Shown one piece after another: positions 29,351-39,814 of a DNA stretch of 64,000 nt. The notes under the pieces are model-generated. The model made no database searches. It saw only the letters and a list, made by a program, of their open reading frames with translations, and was not told the origin of the DNA. The stretch's first letter is position 1, and each line of letters begins with the position of its first letter. The position numbers were made by a program, and so were the translations under genes. Source of the DNA: a virus; IMG/VR virus record IMGVR_UViG_3300033489_000003, positions 1-64,000 of that record. One strand, 5' to 3'.

Positions 29351-30313
29351 ATGACAAAAGCAAGAATCCGACCTGGGAACTGGGGCTTTCTCGAGAAGCT
29401 CACGAGCGCCCAAATGAACGCGTCAGACGCGTACTGGCCCGACCTGATCGACGGCGCTGGCGGTGGGACATGGAACCCATCCGCGCTGATCGAAATCGGC
29501 GGTGCCTTCGGCATCAAGGTGACGGCCCCGTCCAACCTAGAGGGCGACGTCAGCATCGGCGATAACCTAGGCTCGCAGCTCATCATCTACGCCGACACGT
29601 TCGTCAACCGAGACATCGCGTTCGTAGCTGGCAAGACGGCGACGTTCAACGGCTTCGCCGTCTTCAACGATCCGTCCACCTTCAATGACACGCTCACCCT
29701 AGCCGCGAACAAGAACTTCGTTGCCGCCGCTGGCACTGGCGTCATCGACTTCTTCGGCGAAGTCACGATCAGCCAGGCGATAGGGTTTCAGGTCGGAGGC
29801 GGCGTGCCGGCGTCGTTCGGCGGCACAGTCGACGCGATCTCGATCGACATTGGATCGGGCGACATCATCCTCGATTCGTCTTCGCTCACGTGCGCGGTGC
29901 CGGCAAGTTTCTCTGACGCCACCAACTTCACGGCCGGCGTCACGTTCACTTCGGCTGGCTCGGTTGCGCTGGCGGGGCCGGTGGCGCTAACCGGGATCTT
30001 GACGCCGAGCGGAACGGGGCGGGTGGCGTTCCGCCGGTACAACCTGCCAGACCTCAACGCCACCGTAGGAATCAACGAAGGCACACTCTTCATTGTCCCC
30101 GCGCTCGGCGCAGGCCGTACCTACACCCTATCCACAACTGGCGCCGTAACGGGAGACGTCATCGTCTTCAGCGCATATACAAATACCACCGTTAACGTCG
30201 GTGGCGTCGCCGGGTGGAATCTCAACAACACAGGCACCGCCGGCGAGAACCCAGCGGTTGCTTTCTACTATGACGGCGCGGCATGGCAGACGCTGTGGCA
30301 TTCCAGAATCTAG
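29351..30313 (+). CDS. tail fibre protein
   Basis: KLTSAQMN N-terminus; beta-rich repeats. Confidence 0.65.
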   Translation: MTKARIRPGNWGFLEKLTSAQMNASDAYWPDLIDGAGGGTWNPSALIEIGGAFGIKVTAPSNLEGDVSIGDNLGSQLIIYADTFVNRDIAFVAGKTATFNGFAVFNDPSTFNDTLTLAANKNFVAAAGTGVIDFFGEVTISQAIGFQVGGGVPASFGGTVDAISIDIGSGDIILDSSSLTCAVPASFSDATNFTAGVTFTSAGSVALAGPVALTGILTPSGTGRVAFRRYNLPDLNATVGINEGTLFIVPALGAGRTYTLSTTGAVTGDVIVFSAYTNTTVNVGGVAGWNLNNTGTAGENPAVAFYYDGAAWQTLWHSRI

Positions 30314-30888
30314 TGCTTGCAACACAAGCTATACGGTGGATAGCCGAAGCCGCCTGGCGTTAGTTCGCATCCATCCGGCGGTTTAACGCCGACTGCGCAT
30401 TGCATCGCAAGTGGGCCGCGCGCCTGCGACCGGCACAATTGGTCCCACTCCGGCAATCGTTTGCATTCGCACGCGCCGCCGATACAGTTGCCGAACTCGC
30501 ACCCGCAGCTGAGCTTGCCGCCGCAGTAGTCGTCGAGCATGCCGCAGAGCGGCGCCCCGCCGTCGGGATCCGGTGCCGGGCACATCGATCGCGGCGTGCA
30601 GCCGCCACCGGCGCCGCCAGTTCCGCTTCCGCCCGTCCCAGCGGAGCCACCCATGCCTGCTCCACTCCCGGCGCTGCCGCCACTCCCAGCTCCTCCGCCG
30701 CATTGGCACGCCTCGTAGCCTGTCCCGTCGTCGCGGCACGACTGCGCGCCTTTGGTGCCACCGGGGCAGGCGCATTCGATGGTCGTGCCGGCGACGCAGA
30801 CCCTCGCCCCGAACAGGTCTTTCGTCTCCGCGCCGTCGCCGCAAGCGGCAATGGCCGCAACCCCCATCAGCAATCCAAAAAGCCTCAT
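30310..30888 (-). CDS. Cys-rich lipoprotein with Gly linker (myxobacterial type; moron)
   Basis: Lipobox IAAC; GGAGSGG linker; CGMLDDYCGGKLSCG. Confidence 0.7.
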   Translation of the reverse strand: MRLFGLLMGVAAIAACGDGAETKDLFGARVCVAGTTIECACPGGTKGAQSCRDDGTGYEACQCGGGAGSGGSAGSGAGMGGSAGTGGSGTGGAGGGCTPRSMCPAPDPDGGAPLCGMLDDYCGGKLSCGCEFGNCIGGACECKRLPEWDQLCRSQARGPLAMQCAVGVKPPDGCELTPGGFGYPPYSLCCKH

Positions 30889-30939
30889 TGCTCCAACCTA
30901 ACGCCCCATTGCGACCAGGACAACTGAACCGATGAGCCG

Positions 30940-32805
30940 ATGGCGTCCCCGCTTCTAGAGCTCAACAGCGCCTCCCTCGGCGGCTGGGTCGCGGCCGCCG
31001 AGGACGGTGTCGACGTCCTACCCGGGGAAGTAGTCAGCCTTCGACTGATCGATTCGGCCGGAATTCGCCTATGGAACCTCACGGTTATTGGGACCGATGA
31101 GGAGATTACGGCGCCGGCGATCACGCAGGCTGGGTCGATCTCCGGAACTGCCACCTTTACGGTACCGACGCCGCCAGACGACGGCGTTGCGCTCGGCATT
31201 CAGTCCCAGGTTGGTTTTCTGGCGCTCGGCGAGGACCGCTACAGCCAGCCCGACCCCACCTACACGACCACCATTGGCGTCTTCGTACGCACAGGTGAGG
31301 GGCTAAGGCTCGGCTTCATCAACGAGAAACTTGAGGGCTCGGCCGAGTGGGGCTGGGTTATCAAGATCAACGAGCTCACGCGCCGCGCCCCCGCGACCGG
31401 AACGGGCGTCCCCACGGGGCGCACGATCAGCACGACGACGCCCATCCGCATCGACGGCGGCGCGTCGGCGGACCTGTCGGCAAACCGCACCATCTCCCTC
31501 ATCCCCGGCACCGTAGCGGGTCAGGTGCTCGGCTGGGACGGGGCGTCGTGGCTCGCGCGGCAGGTCGTCGTCCTCACCGGCATTACGGTGTCGACGCTCG
31601 GGCTTGGCGTCGTCCACTCGAGCGCCGGCGGCGTCTTTTCGAGTTCGCTCATCGTCGATGCAGACGTTGACCCTGCTGCCGCTATTGCGGTCTCCAAGCT
31701 CGCGCCAGGCGCCAACGGGCAGGCGATCGTCACGGCCGGAGGCGTTGCCGTATGGGGCACCGTTACGGCGGGCTCGATCGCGCCAGGCGCCAACCGGCAG
31801 ATCTACGTCACCAATGCGACGCCGCTTGGTGCCTGGGCAACGGTATCAGGCGACGTCTCGGTGCCGACGACGGCTGGCGTCTTTCGCGTTGACGCGATCA
31901 ACGGCACCGCGGTAACGACGCCAGGCGGCGGTGCTGTCGGATCCGTGCTCCGCATGACTGGCGTCGCGACGTGCGACTTCGGCGAACTCGATCTTGCCGA
32001 CGAAGACGCGGTAGACGGGCTTCTCGCCGTCACGCACATCGCACCCGGTACCAACGGGCAGTTTCTCGGCACCGTCGGTGGCGTCACTACGTGGACCGCG
32101 GTCCCGATCGGCTCCATTACGCCGGGCGCTGCCAACACGGTCCTGACGACCAACGCGGGCGCGACGGCAACGGCTTGGACGCTAGCGGTCAATGCGAACA
32201 TCGATCCGGCGGCGGCGATTGCCGTCACGAAGCTCGCGCCCGGTGGGCTCAATTACACGCTCATCACCGACGGTACCGGCACGATCGTCTGGTCGCCGGG
32301 TGTGCCTGGCACGGGTACGCTGCTAGGCGACGTCACGGGCCCGCTCGCCACCAACGTCGTCGAGCGCATCCACGGCACCACCGTCCCCGCGGGCGGCGCT
32401 CTCCTGGTCGGCCAATCGCTCCGCGCGACCGGTCTCGCCGCGTCCGCGTGGGGCGCCGTCGACCTATCCAACTCGAACGCCGTCATCAACGCCCTTCCGC
32501 TCGCCAACATCGCGCAGGGCGGCGCCGTCCTCAACGACGTCATGCGGTGGAACGGTGGCGTGTGGGACCCGGAGCCGATTGGCAACCTGCTGCCGCCGAG
32601 TGCGACCGCGGTGCAGATCGTGGCCGATATGCCGGCGCTCGAGCTGCTCCTCGTGACACCACTCGCCGATCGGATCCTCTGCATCGTGCAAACGCCAACA
32701 CGTCTCTACTGGCTCGACAAGGGCGCTACGCCAGCGGCTAGCGGCGACGACGAACTTCCGCCCGCCAACGGTGGCGGCGCGTGGCGCTTCAAGGAGGCGG
32801 CGTAG
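30940..32805 (+). CDS. tail fibre-like protein with internal repeats
   Basis: Repeated DPAAAIAV[ST]KLAPG and APG.NGQ units. Confidence 0.7.
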   Translation: MASPLLELNSASLGGWVAAAEDGVDVLPGEVVSLRLIDSAGIRLWNLTVIGTDEEITAPAITQAGSISGTATFTVPTPPDDGVALGIQSQVGFLALGEDRYSQPDPTYTTTIGVFVRTGEGLRLGFINEKLEGSAEWGWVIKINELTRRAPATGTGVPTGRTISTTTPIRIDGGASADLSANRTISLIPGTVAGQVLGWDGASWLARQVVVLTGITVSTLGLGVVHSSAGGVFSSSLIVDADVDPAAAIAVSKLAPGANGQAIVTAGGVAVWGTVTAGSIAPGANRQIYVTNATPLGAWATVSGDVSVPTTAGVFRVDAINGTAVTTPGGGAVGSVLRMTGVATCDFGELDLADEDAVDGLLAVTHIAPGTNGQFLGTVGGVTTWTAVPIGSITPGAANTVLTTNAGATATAWTLAVNANIDPAAAIAVTKLAPGGLNYTLITDGTGTIVWSPGVPGTGTLLGDVTGPLATNVVERIHGTTVPAGGALLVGQSLRATGLAASAWGAVDLSNSNAVINALPLANIAQGGAVLNDVMRWNGGVWDPEPIGNLLPPSATAVQIVADMPALELLLVTPLADRILCIVQTPTRLYWLDKGATPAASGDDELPPANGGGAWRFKEAA

Positions 32806-34067
32806 TGAGCATCACGGAGCGGATGGCCGCCATCCACATTGATTCAGCTGCGGCCAACAACCGCGGCGACGGCGCGACGGCGGGCACGGCGTGGCGAGAC
32901 GCAGAAGAGCTTACGCGGCGACTCGGTCGCGGGACGGCATGGTTTCGTCAGCCCACCACGATCACCTATCACGGTAACACCATTGATCCAGACGCGGCGC
33001 GCTTCGACGCCGTCATCGGAAACAATTCGAATCTAACACTTCAAGGCGTTGCAAGTGTTGTGGCATCAGGAACGCTTACGAATTTCACAGCGTTTAACCG
33101 AACGCCTGGATCCGAAGCGCTCAACCTCGTTGAGGCGACAGGACTCTCAGGAGGGTTCGCCGCACACGCCGGCCGATACATGCGCATAAGCGGAGGAGCC
33201 CGCGCCGGTAATGGCTGGTGGATTCACGAATCATTCGGCACTTCCGCGTCAATCTCCACACCTGGCACCATTCCGTTTCCTTTCATTTCTACTGGGTTCA
33301 CGCGAGCGACCCCGCAAGCAGGCGACCCGTTCGAGATCGTAACCTATCCGGTCGTGCATTGTGCTGATTGGCGTTTCGGCTCAGGCGATAACCAAGTTGT
33401 ATTCGGTGGAGCCGGGTTCAACCAAGTCAACGTTCAGGACATCGAACTGGACTTCGGTGGCGAGAATACAGGTTTGCAGCATGATACTGGCAGCGCAATC
33501 TCTTCCACCGTCACTGGCGTCTTCTTTAGGAGATGCAACATTTGGACGCCGTCAATCTTCGCTGGCTCAGGGTTCACTCAATTCTACCAGTGCAATTTCC
33601 GCGGTAACACGGTTGTCCTCTCTGGACTACTCGTACGGTTCGTCGCTTGTCGCCACAAGGACAACACAGCGTCGCTGGCGGTCCGCGGAGGTAGTAACGC
33701 AGTATTAGACTTCGACGACCTCTTCGACGCGAGCGCCATCTTTTGTGTCGACCGTGGAAGTGTTGTCGTTGGGACCGCTTGTATCTTCAATCGCGGCGCC
33801 GATCGTGTCGTGCTGATCGATCCTGGATGCCAAGTGTGGCTCACGCAAGTGTCCACAGAGATACCGGCGCTATGGGGCACCAACAACCCAACGCACGGCG
33901 TAACGGTGGGTGCTGGCGCTAGACTCATAGTGGATGCTGGCTCGTCCGTGACGGTGAACAAGACGCTTGGCGCCGGAAGGGAGATGCTCGTCGGCGGTCA
34001 GGACGTTCTATACAGTCAGATCAACGGGTCGATCACTAACAACGGTGCAACGGTGGCGTTCTTATGA
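32805..34067 (+). CDS. putative beta-helix tail spike/receptor-binding protein
   Basis: IHIDSAAANNRGDG...AWRD; beta-helix-like periodicity. Confidence 0.6.
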   Translation: MSITERMAAIHIDSAAANNRGDGATAGTAWRDAEELTRRLGRGTAWFRQPTTITYHGNTIDPDAARFDAVIGNNSNLTLQGVASVVASGTLTNFTAFNRTPGSEALNLVEATGLSGGFAAHAGRYMRISGGARAGNGWWIHESFGTSASISTPGTIPFPFISTGFTRATPQAGDPFEIVTYPVVHCADWRFGSGDNQVVFGGAGFNQVNVQDIELDFGGENTGLQHDTGSAISSTVTGVFFRRCNIWTPSIFAGSGFTQFYQCNFRGNTVVLSGLLVRFVACRHKDNTASLAVRGGSNAVLDFDDLFDASAIFCVDRGSVVVGTACIFNRGADRVVLIDPGCQVWLTQVSTEIPALWGTNNPTHGVTVGAGARLIVDAGSSVTVNKTLGAGREMLVGGQDVLYSQINGSITNNGATVAFL

Positions 34068-35764
34068 GCAACAACGCCATCTACGGCTTCGCGAGCACGC
34101 CTAGCGGTACAGCTCCGACTGGAGCTATTGCGTCCAATGCGACGGCCGGAATAGCCTACGTCGGGCAAGGCGGCCTTTGGGTCCCGTTGTTGACCACGAC
34201 GGCAGGCGGCACCGTTACGCTCGCAGGCGACGTCTCCGGCGTAAGCAGCGGCAACGTCGTAGAAAAGCTAACGGGGCTCGCTGGCATCGTAACGCTGGTC
34301 GGCACAACGATCAAACCCGCAACGGTCGTTGGTACTGGGTCAGGCGCGGTCTTCGCGGCCGGAGACAGCAGCGGCGATGTTGGTGGTCTTCTAAAGCTCT
34401 ACGGGGGCGGCGGTGTCACGCCTGGAAGCGTCGATATCAAGTCGAGTTCGACATCCGGCGGGCTCTTCATCGATTCGACCAGGCTTTTGGCGAGCGTGGC
34501 GGAGCTGCGATCCACGGTTTCGTTTACCGTCAAGCCAGAAGACGCCACGGGGACTGGGCTAGGGCTACTCGTTGCTGCCGGTGACGGCACCGTAACGGGA
34601 GGTCTACTCAAGCTCTACGGAGGGGGTGGCCCGGCATCCGGATCGGTCGCCATTCAAGCGTCTTCCAGTGAAGGCGGCGTGAACGTGACGGCGGCATCGG
34701 TCACCGTCACGTTGCCGCTGTTGCAGTTCGGGTCGTCGGTATCGGCTCCGGTCATCGGGCAGGCCACGATCGCCGGTACGCCAAGCGCGCTGACGGTTCA
34801 GGCGCAGAGCAGCTCGACCACCAAGGGCGGCAACCTATCGCTTGTCACCGGCGCTGGCGCCGGCGGCAGTCACGGTGACATGCTGTTCACCACCGGCGGC
34901 CGGCCAGTCGTAACGTTCTTCGACGCATCGAACCCGATCGTTCACGTTTACTCACCAACTTTTCGCTTTGATGAGTCGACATCTTCGCCTGTCATCTCGC
35001 ATCAAGGTCGCACGGGCGACATCGCTTGCACGGATCTTCGGATCAAGTCGCAGGCGCCGTTCGCTAGCGCGGCCAGCAACAAGCTTCCCGGAAATCTGAT
35101 CTACGAAGTTCCGGCGCCAGCGGCGGGTGGCGACCCGCCCGGCTACCACAGCTTCCTCGTTTCCGACGTTGAGTACGTCAACATCACGACGGCGCAGGTA
35201 ACGCTCAACACTGCGGTGGTGTTCACCCGCTCATTTTTGGCTGGTGGCAGCCGAACAATCTACTGCGACATAGCGGGGGCTGGGCTCAACGGCAACAACT
35301 TCAACTTCGAGGGGCAGCAGGGCGGAGCCGGCACCACCAACGGCGGCGACGTCCACATCAGCGGCGGGCCGGCTTCGGGCGCCGGAATACCTGGCGGTGT
35401 GGTGCTGGAACTCGGCGGCGTCGCAATGGTGCAGCTATCGCAGTTCAACAGCCAGAATGTGCTAGGGCTGTTGGCGGGTGGGGTTTCTGCTGCCAACGTG
35501 CCGGCCGATACCGCCGCCAGTTGCATCTTCGTTGGCGATTGCTCGGTTGCTAGCATCGGCGCCGGGTTTCCTGTCGGTGGCTTCGTCATGTATTCCGACG
35601 ACGGGCGCCCTGGATTCAAGACGGCATTCGGAGCCGGCGCCGTGGGCGAGCGGATGTTCACGTTCGACGGCGAGATGACGGTAGCCGGCGGCGCGCTCGA
35701 CAGATACTTCGTCGTCTACATCGACGGCACGCGTTACAAGTTTCCCGTTCACCTCGACTCATAG
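34064..35764 (+). CDS. Gly-rich tail fibre protein
   Basis: Repeated GG(L/N/D)xxL/IxGG units; GGLLKLYGGGG occurs twice. Confidence 0.7.
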   Translation: MSNNAIYGFASTPSGTAPTGAIASNATAGIAYVGQGGLWVPLLTTTAGGTVTLAGDVSGVSSGNVVEKLTGLAGIVTLVGTTIKPATVVGTGSGAVFAAGDSSGDVGGLLKLYGGGGVTPGSVDIKSSSTSGGLFIDSTRLLASVAELRSTVSFTVKPEDATGTGLGLLVAAGDGTVTGGLLKLYGGGGPASGSVAIQASSSEGGVNVTAASVTVTLPLLQFGSSVSAPVIGQATIAGTPSALTVQAQSSSTTKGGNLSLVTGAGAGGSHGDMLFTTGGRPVVTFFDASNPIVHVYSPTFRFDESTSSPVISHQGRTGDIACTDLRIKSQAPFASAASNKLPGNLIYEVPAPAAGGDPPGYHSFLVSDVEYVNITTAQVTLNTAVVFTRSFLAGGSRTIYCDIAGAGLNGNNFNFEGQQGGAGTTNGGDVHISGGPASGAGIPGGVVLELGGVAMVQLSQFNSQNVLGLLAGGVSAANVPADTAASCIFVGDCSVASIGAGFPVGGFVMYSDDGRPGFKTAFGAGAVGERMFTFDGEMTVAGGALDRYFVVYIDGTRYKFPVHLDS

Positions 35765-35830
35765 CGAGTGAGCAGCAGATCCGCGCGAAAGCGCAAACGG
35801 CTTGGCATTTCCAAGCAAGAGGACAGTCAC

Positions 35831-36283
35831 ATGCAATCGTTCCCGTACGTTCCCGATGTTCAACTCACCAACGTGAACCGCACGCCCGCGCTCGACGCGG
35901 ATGGCAAGCCTGTACAGCCGATGACGCACCTTCAGTTTCTGATCGGACGCCTTTCGGACACTGGCCTTACGCAGGGAATGGAGCCCATCAAGGCGTCGCG
36001 GTTCGCGATCAAGCTCTACGACGAGATTGAGGCGCAAGCAGATGTTGCCAAGGCGCGAGGCCACTGGGTGTTCGAGGACGACCGCGCCAATGCGCTCAAG
36101 AGAATCATTCTGAGCCCCACCGTGGGCCCCACCGGCGGCGGATACATTCCGCAGATCCTGCACTGCCTGCTGCCGTTCCTTGAGTCGGCCGAGCAGATGA
36201 AGCCGTGGAAGGACGCCGCTGTTGAGGCGAAGATTCAGAACGGCGCCGAGAAGGCGCTGCCGGAAGTCGCGCAGGCATCGTAA
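35831..36283 (+). CDS. hypothetical protein (possible fibre chaperone)
   Basis: GAGG RBS; follows a fibre gene. Confidence 0.55.
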   Translation: MQSFPYVPDVQLTNVNRTPALDADGKPVQPMTHLQFLIGRLSDTGLTQGMEPIKASRFAIKLYDEIEAQADVAKARGHWVFEDDRANALKRIILSPTVGPTGGGYIPQILHCLLPFLESAEQMKPWKDAAVEAKIQNGAEKALPEVAQAS

Positions 36284-36285
36284 CG

Positions 36286-37284
36286 ATGCGACTTGGTCTT
36301 TCGCTCGACATTGAGTCGTCTGGACTGGCGCGAGCCAATCATGGCAACCCGCTCTACTACGCGGCGCAGTACGGCCTGAAGCTCTTGCTGCGCGCCGACA
36401 AGGGGATTCAGTACGGCCCAACGCTGCGTACCGGCGGAACGACACCGCCCGCGTGGACGATCAGCGGCACTGCCACTCGCCAGGTTGGTTTGCGCGGCAG
36501 AATAGCGTCTGTGGCAGGAGGCACAGGACTAGGTCAGGCCACTTACGATTGGAGCGAGGACAACGGTACGACGTACATCCCAGCGAATTCGGGACTCGTC
36601 ACCGCGGCTGGCCCGACGGCGCTCGGCACGACGGGGCTCTCGGTATCGATGGCCGTCGGCCCTTACAATATCAACAACACGTGGGACATCACAGTCGCGC
36701 AATGGAACGACCAGAGCGGCGCTGGCAATAACGTTGCCCAGGTAACGGCGTCCGCGCAGCCGCTGTTTATTCTAAATGGTCACAACGGCCGACCCGCGCT
36801 TCGTTTCGACGGCACCGATGACAGCTTGCTCAAAGCTGGCGTCGACATGTTCGGCAGCGGTGCATATTCGTGGGTAGTAGCGGCTAAACTGAACTCCGCG
36901 GTTGCGTTAAAAATATTGTTCGGAAACGCCGGCACGGTCGGCGGCGGTAACTACTATTACGTCACGGCGGCCGGGGCCGCGAGAGGCGTTGGGCACCCTG
37001 GCGCATTTGCCGCGACAGACGGGGCGCCTACCACAAACTGGGAGAAGGTGACATTAAGGCGGGCGGCGGCGGCGGCGCCGACGCTTCGCATCGACGGCGC
37101 TAACCAGGCTCTATCTGGCACAACCACAACTCTTGTCGCTCCCACAGGGCCGGTAATCCACATCGGATCCGGCCCTTCCGGGACGTTTCCGCAGCCGTGC
37201 GACGTCTCCGATATCGTAGCCTACGCGGGCGCGTTGCCAGACAGTGTCGCGACGGCACTGGAGGCAGGATTGGAAGGCTTCTAA
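36286..37284 (+). CDS. LamG/ConA-like virion protein
   Basis: VAQWNDQSGAGNN...NGRPALRFDGTDD. Confidence 0.72.
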   Translation: MRLGLSLDIESSGLARANHGNPLYYAAQYGLKLLLRADKGIQYGPTLRTGGTTPPAWTISGTATRQVGLRGRIASVAGGTGLGQATYDWSEDNGTTYIPANSGLVTAAGPTALGTTGLSVSMAVGPYNINNTWDITVAQWNDQSGAGNNVAQVTASAQPLFILNGHNGRPALRFDGTDDSLLKAGVDMFGSGAYSWVVAAKLNSAVALKILFGNAGTVGGGNYYYVTAAGAARGVGHPGAFAATDGAPTTNWEKVTLRRAAAAAPTLRIDGANQALSGTTTTLVAPTGPVIHIGSGPSGTFPQPCDVSDIVAYAGALPDSVATALEAGLEGF

Positions 37285-37577
37285 TGGCCCACGTTGTGTT
37301 CCCCGCCCAGTCTCTAGCTGACGCATTCAGCGCCGCGATCGATGCCGATTTCGGCTATCCGCTCCATAACATTGGCGCGGTTGGCGACTCTACGCCTATC
37401 GGGCTTACGACCCGTTACGCCGCGACGCTGAAGCACCGCACGCTGACCCTTTGGGCTTACCCTTACGATCCCGTCATCGCCGGTAAGTCAGGCCGCGTGC
37501 CTCCGGGCCGAGCGCCGGAAACGATCGATGCAACATGGAACGACGCCACGCCGAACTTGGTTTCCACGAAAACGTAG
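37284..37577 (+). CDS. hypothetical protein
   Basis: TAATG coupling. Confidence 0.55.
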   Translation: MAHVVFPAQSLADAFSAAIDADFGYPLHNIGAVGDSTPIGLTTRYAATLKHRTLTLWAYPYDPVIAGKSGRVPPGRAPETIDATWNDATPNLVSTKT

Positions 37578-37586
37578 TGGACTTGA

Positions 37587-38201
37587 ATGCCGAAGTCATA
37601 CGACGATCCGGGGGAAGGTGACCCGGTCGACCTTGCGCGCATGGCGCGTGAGGCGAAGGAACGCGCGGCAGAGAAAGCAGCGCGGCGCAGCCATCCTGGC
37701 TTTGAACAGAGCACGCCACCGCCGCGCCAAGAGTGGCCGCCTAAACCACTTGAAGGCGGAGGCGGCTACTCGAGTCCTCCTCCTCCTCCGCGTTCCTATC
37801 GCCCAACGTGGCGCGATCGTCACGCGCGCGGGTGGGGGACAACCAAGGAGATCGGCGGCGGCATCATGTTCGTCGGCGGAATCGTAGTCGCGGTCGTCCT
37901 GTGGGTGAACAGCCGCGCTTCGAAAGAAGACATCGCGAGCCTGACGCACCGCATGGACCCGGTGTGCCTGCCGCCAGAGAGCGACGGTAAGAAGCCGCTA
38001 CCACCATCGCTTACGGAGCGACTCGACGATCTCAAGTCGTCGATCAAAGCTGTCGATTCCAAAGTTTCCGATCCGCAGAACCTTCTGAACAAGCGACTTG
38101 ACCGTCTCGACGAGATTCTGATGTCGATGCACGGTTCGAATACGAAGACGCCAGCGCCGCCGGTATTTGGGCCTACGGCAAAGGCAAAAGGGAGACCGTA
38201 G
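37587..38201 (+). CDS. membrane-anchored coiled-coil protein
   Basis: Single hydrophobic segment IMFVGGIVVAVVLWV. Confidence 0.55.
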   Translation: MPKSYDDPGEGDPVDLARMAREAKERAAEKAARRSHPGFEQSTPPPRQEWPPKPLEGGGGYSSPPPPPRSYRPTWRDRHARGWGTTKEIGGGIMFVGGIVVAVVLWVNSRASKEDIASLTHRMDPVCLPPESDGKKPLPPSLTERLDDLKSSIKAVDSKVSDPQNLLNKRLDRLDEILMSMHGSNTKTPAPPVFGPTAKAKGRP

Positions 38202-38287
38202 AACGTGGGTGGGGATAGCAAAGACGGTGCTGATACGCCGTCGTAGCAACGCAACAACGGCGCGTGCCGTAGAAGTGACCCGCTCAG

Positions 38288-38770
38288 ATGAATGACCGCA
38301 ACAACACCATTCCGCCTCCGCCCAACCCAGACCGCGAACGCGACACCGACAGGCCCAATGGTTCAGAGCATGCTGCATCGAATGGCGACAGCGTCCGCAT
38401 TGAGGGCGTCCGCATATCGGAGCAGGTCGCGCTTCGACTGGATGTGTTCGATCAAAACCTGAAGGCTCTTCGGGAGGAGTTCGAACGACTCAACAAGCTA
38501 GACGAACTGCACGCGCTGCTTACCAGCGTTCAGGTCGATACGGATTCGGACCGAAAGGTCACGGTGCTGGATGTGCTCTTGGAGATGAACGCGAAGCTTG
38601 TCGCCGTCAAGGCAAACTCGGAAGTAACGCTCGAGCGTCTCAAGCAGTACGTGAACGAAGTCATCCGCGTTCACGACGACAACAAGCGCATAGAGCTAGA
38701 GCTTGCCGAGCATTCCTTGAAGCTCGCGAAGATCGAATCGAAGTTACCGCCGGCCGTGCACAAGCACTGA
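38288..38770 (+). CDS. coiled-coil hypothetical protein
   Basis: ORF composition. Confidence 0.55.
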   Translation: MNDRNNTIPPPPNPDRERDTDRPNGSEHAASNGDSVRIEGVRISEQVALRLDVFDQNLKALREEFERLNKLDELHALLTSVQVDTDSDRKVTVLDVLLEMNAKLVAVKANSEVTLERLKQYVNEVIRVHDDNKRIELELAEHSLKLAKIESKLPPAVHKH

Positions 38771-38790
38771 CGGTCAAAGGGGACAGACCA

Positions 38791-39093
38791 ATGGATCAAC
38801 TCGTCGCGACCCATTGGTGGGTGATGCCTCTTTACCTGTTCGTGTGGAGCTTTGTGCGGCTGCTGAAGGATGACCACGCCGTGCGGTGGTTTCCGTTGCG
38901 GCTCGCGCCCAAGTACCGCGTTTGGGCCGCGCTCGGCATCGGACTCATCGGCGCCGGCATCGACTGGATCGCGTCGACGAACCCGTGGCTCCAAGCGTTC
39001 CTCGGCGGCTCCGCCGCATCTTGCGCGGCCGTCACGACGCAAGCGCTAATTCTCAGCATCACGGGCGGGCGCGAGCTGGGCGAGGCCGTGTGA
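38791..39093 (+). CDS. holin-like membrane protein
   Basis: 100 aa with 2-3 hydrophobic segments. Confidence 0.45.
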   Translation: MDQLVATHWWVMPLYLFVWSFVRLLKDDHAVRWFPLRLAPKYRVWAALGIGLIGAGIDWIASTNPWLQAFLGGSAASCAAVTTQALILSITGGRELGEAV

Positions 39094-39551
39094 ATCGCCC
39101 CACCTACTTTCACGGCGGGCATCCTGGGCTGAAGATCGGCGAGTTCCTGCTGCCATCGGTCGAGACGGGCGTCCGCGGGCTTGACGACTGGTCGGGCTCC
39201 GCCTCCGAAACGATCGGCCGGTTCGTCTACGTCACGACCAACATGCCGGCGGCTCGCCTGTATGCCGCCATGTACCCAGGCAAGAACGGCGGGACCGTCT
39301 ACGAGGTGTTGCCGGAGGGTGAGATCGTCCTGGATAAGGACTGCGATCTAGCTGGCATCTCCTTCTCTTGCCCGAAGGCGCTCATCATCGCCGAGCACAA
39401 GATTTCGTACGCCGCGGTGCAGTGGTTAAGGTCGTCGATGATGCGCGCGTCGTCTGCCATGATGCGATTGGCCGCGATGGCGGAAGTGGCAGCCGAGATT
39501 CACGCGAGCGAGACCACGGCGGCGCCGGGTACTGACGCCGAACCAAAATGA
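39090..39551 (+). CDS. Arr-like ADP-ribosyltransferase
   Basis: YFHGG..GLKIGEFLLP; FVYVTT; GTVYEVLPEG..D.D; GTGA overlap start. Confidence 0.65.
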   Translation: MNRPTYFHGGHPGLKIGEFLLPSVETGVRGLDDWSGSASETIGRFVYVTTNMPAARLYAAMYPGKNGGTVYEVLPEGEIVLDKDCDLAGISFSCPKALIIAEHKISYAAVQWLRSSMMRASSAMMRLAAMAEVAAEIHASETTAAPGTDAEPK

Positions 39552-39799
39552 CCGACCAGAAGCGGCCACCCTATCGGCCCACCTTGACGACCGACGAAGA
39601 AGAGCGCGATCTCGCGTGGGCGACGGAGCCGGACGCCGAGTGGCGCCACAGCGTCACGTGGCAGCTCTATCGGATTAGCGATCTACTGCACAGACTCACG
39701 ACAATGCGCACCGCTGGCGCGTTCGCGATAGCGATGAGCGTACTTTTCCTGGGGGCATTCTGCGGCGAACTCGTTTGGAGACTTTCCGCGCACCACTGA
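39548..39799 (+). CDS. membrane protein
   Basis: C-terminal transmembrane segment; coupled ORF. Confidence 0.5.
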   Translation: MTDQKRPPYRPTLTTDEEERDLAWATEPDAEWRHSVTWQLYRISDLLHRLTTMRTAGAFAIAMSVLFLGAFCGELVWRLSAHH

Positions 39800-39814
39800 T
39801 CGGAGTTGTTAAAG

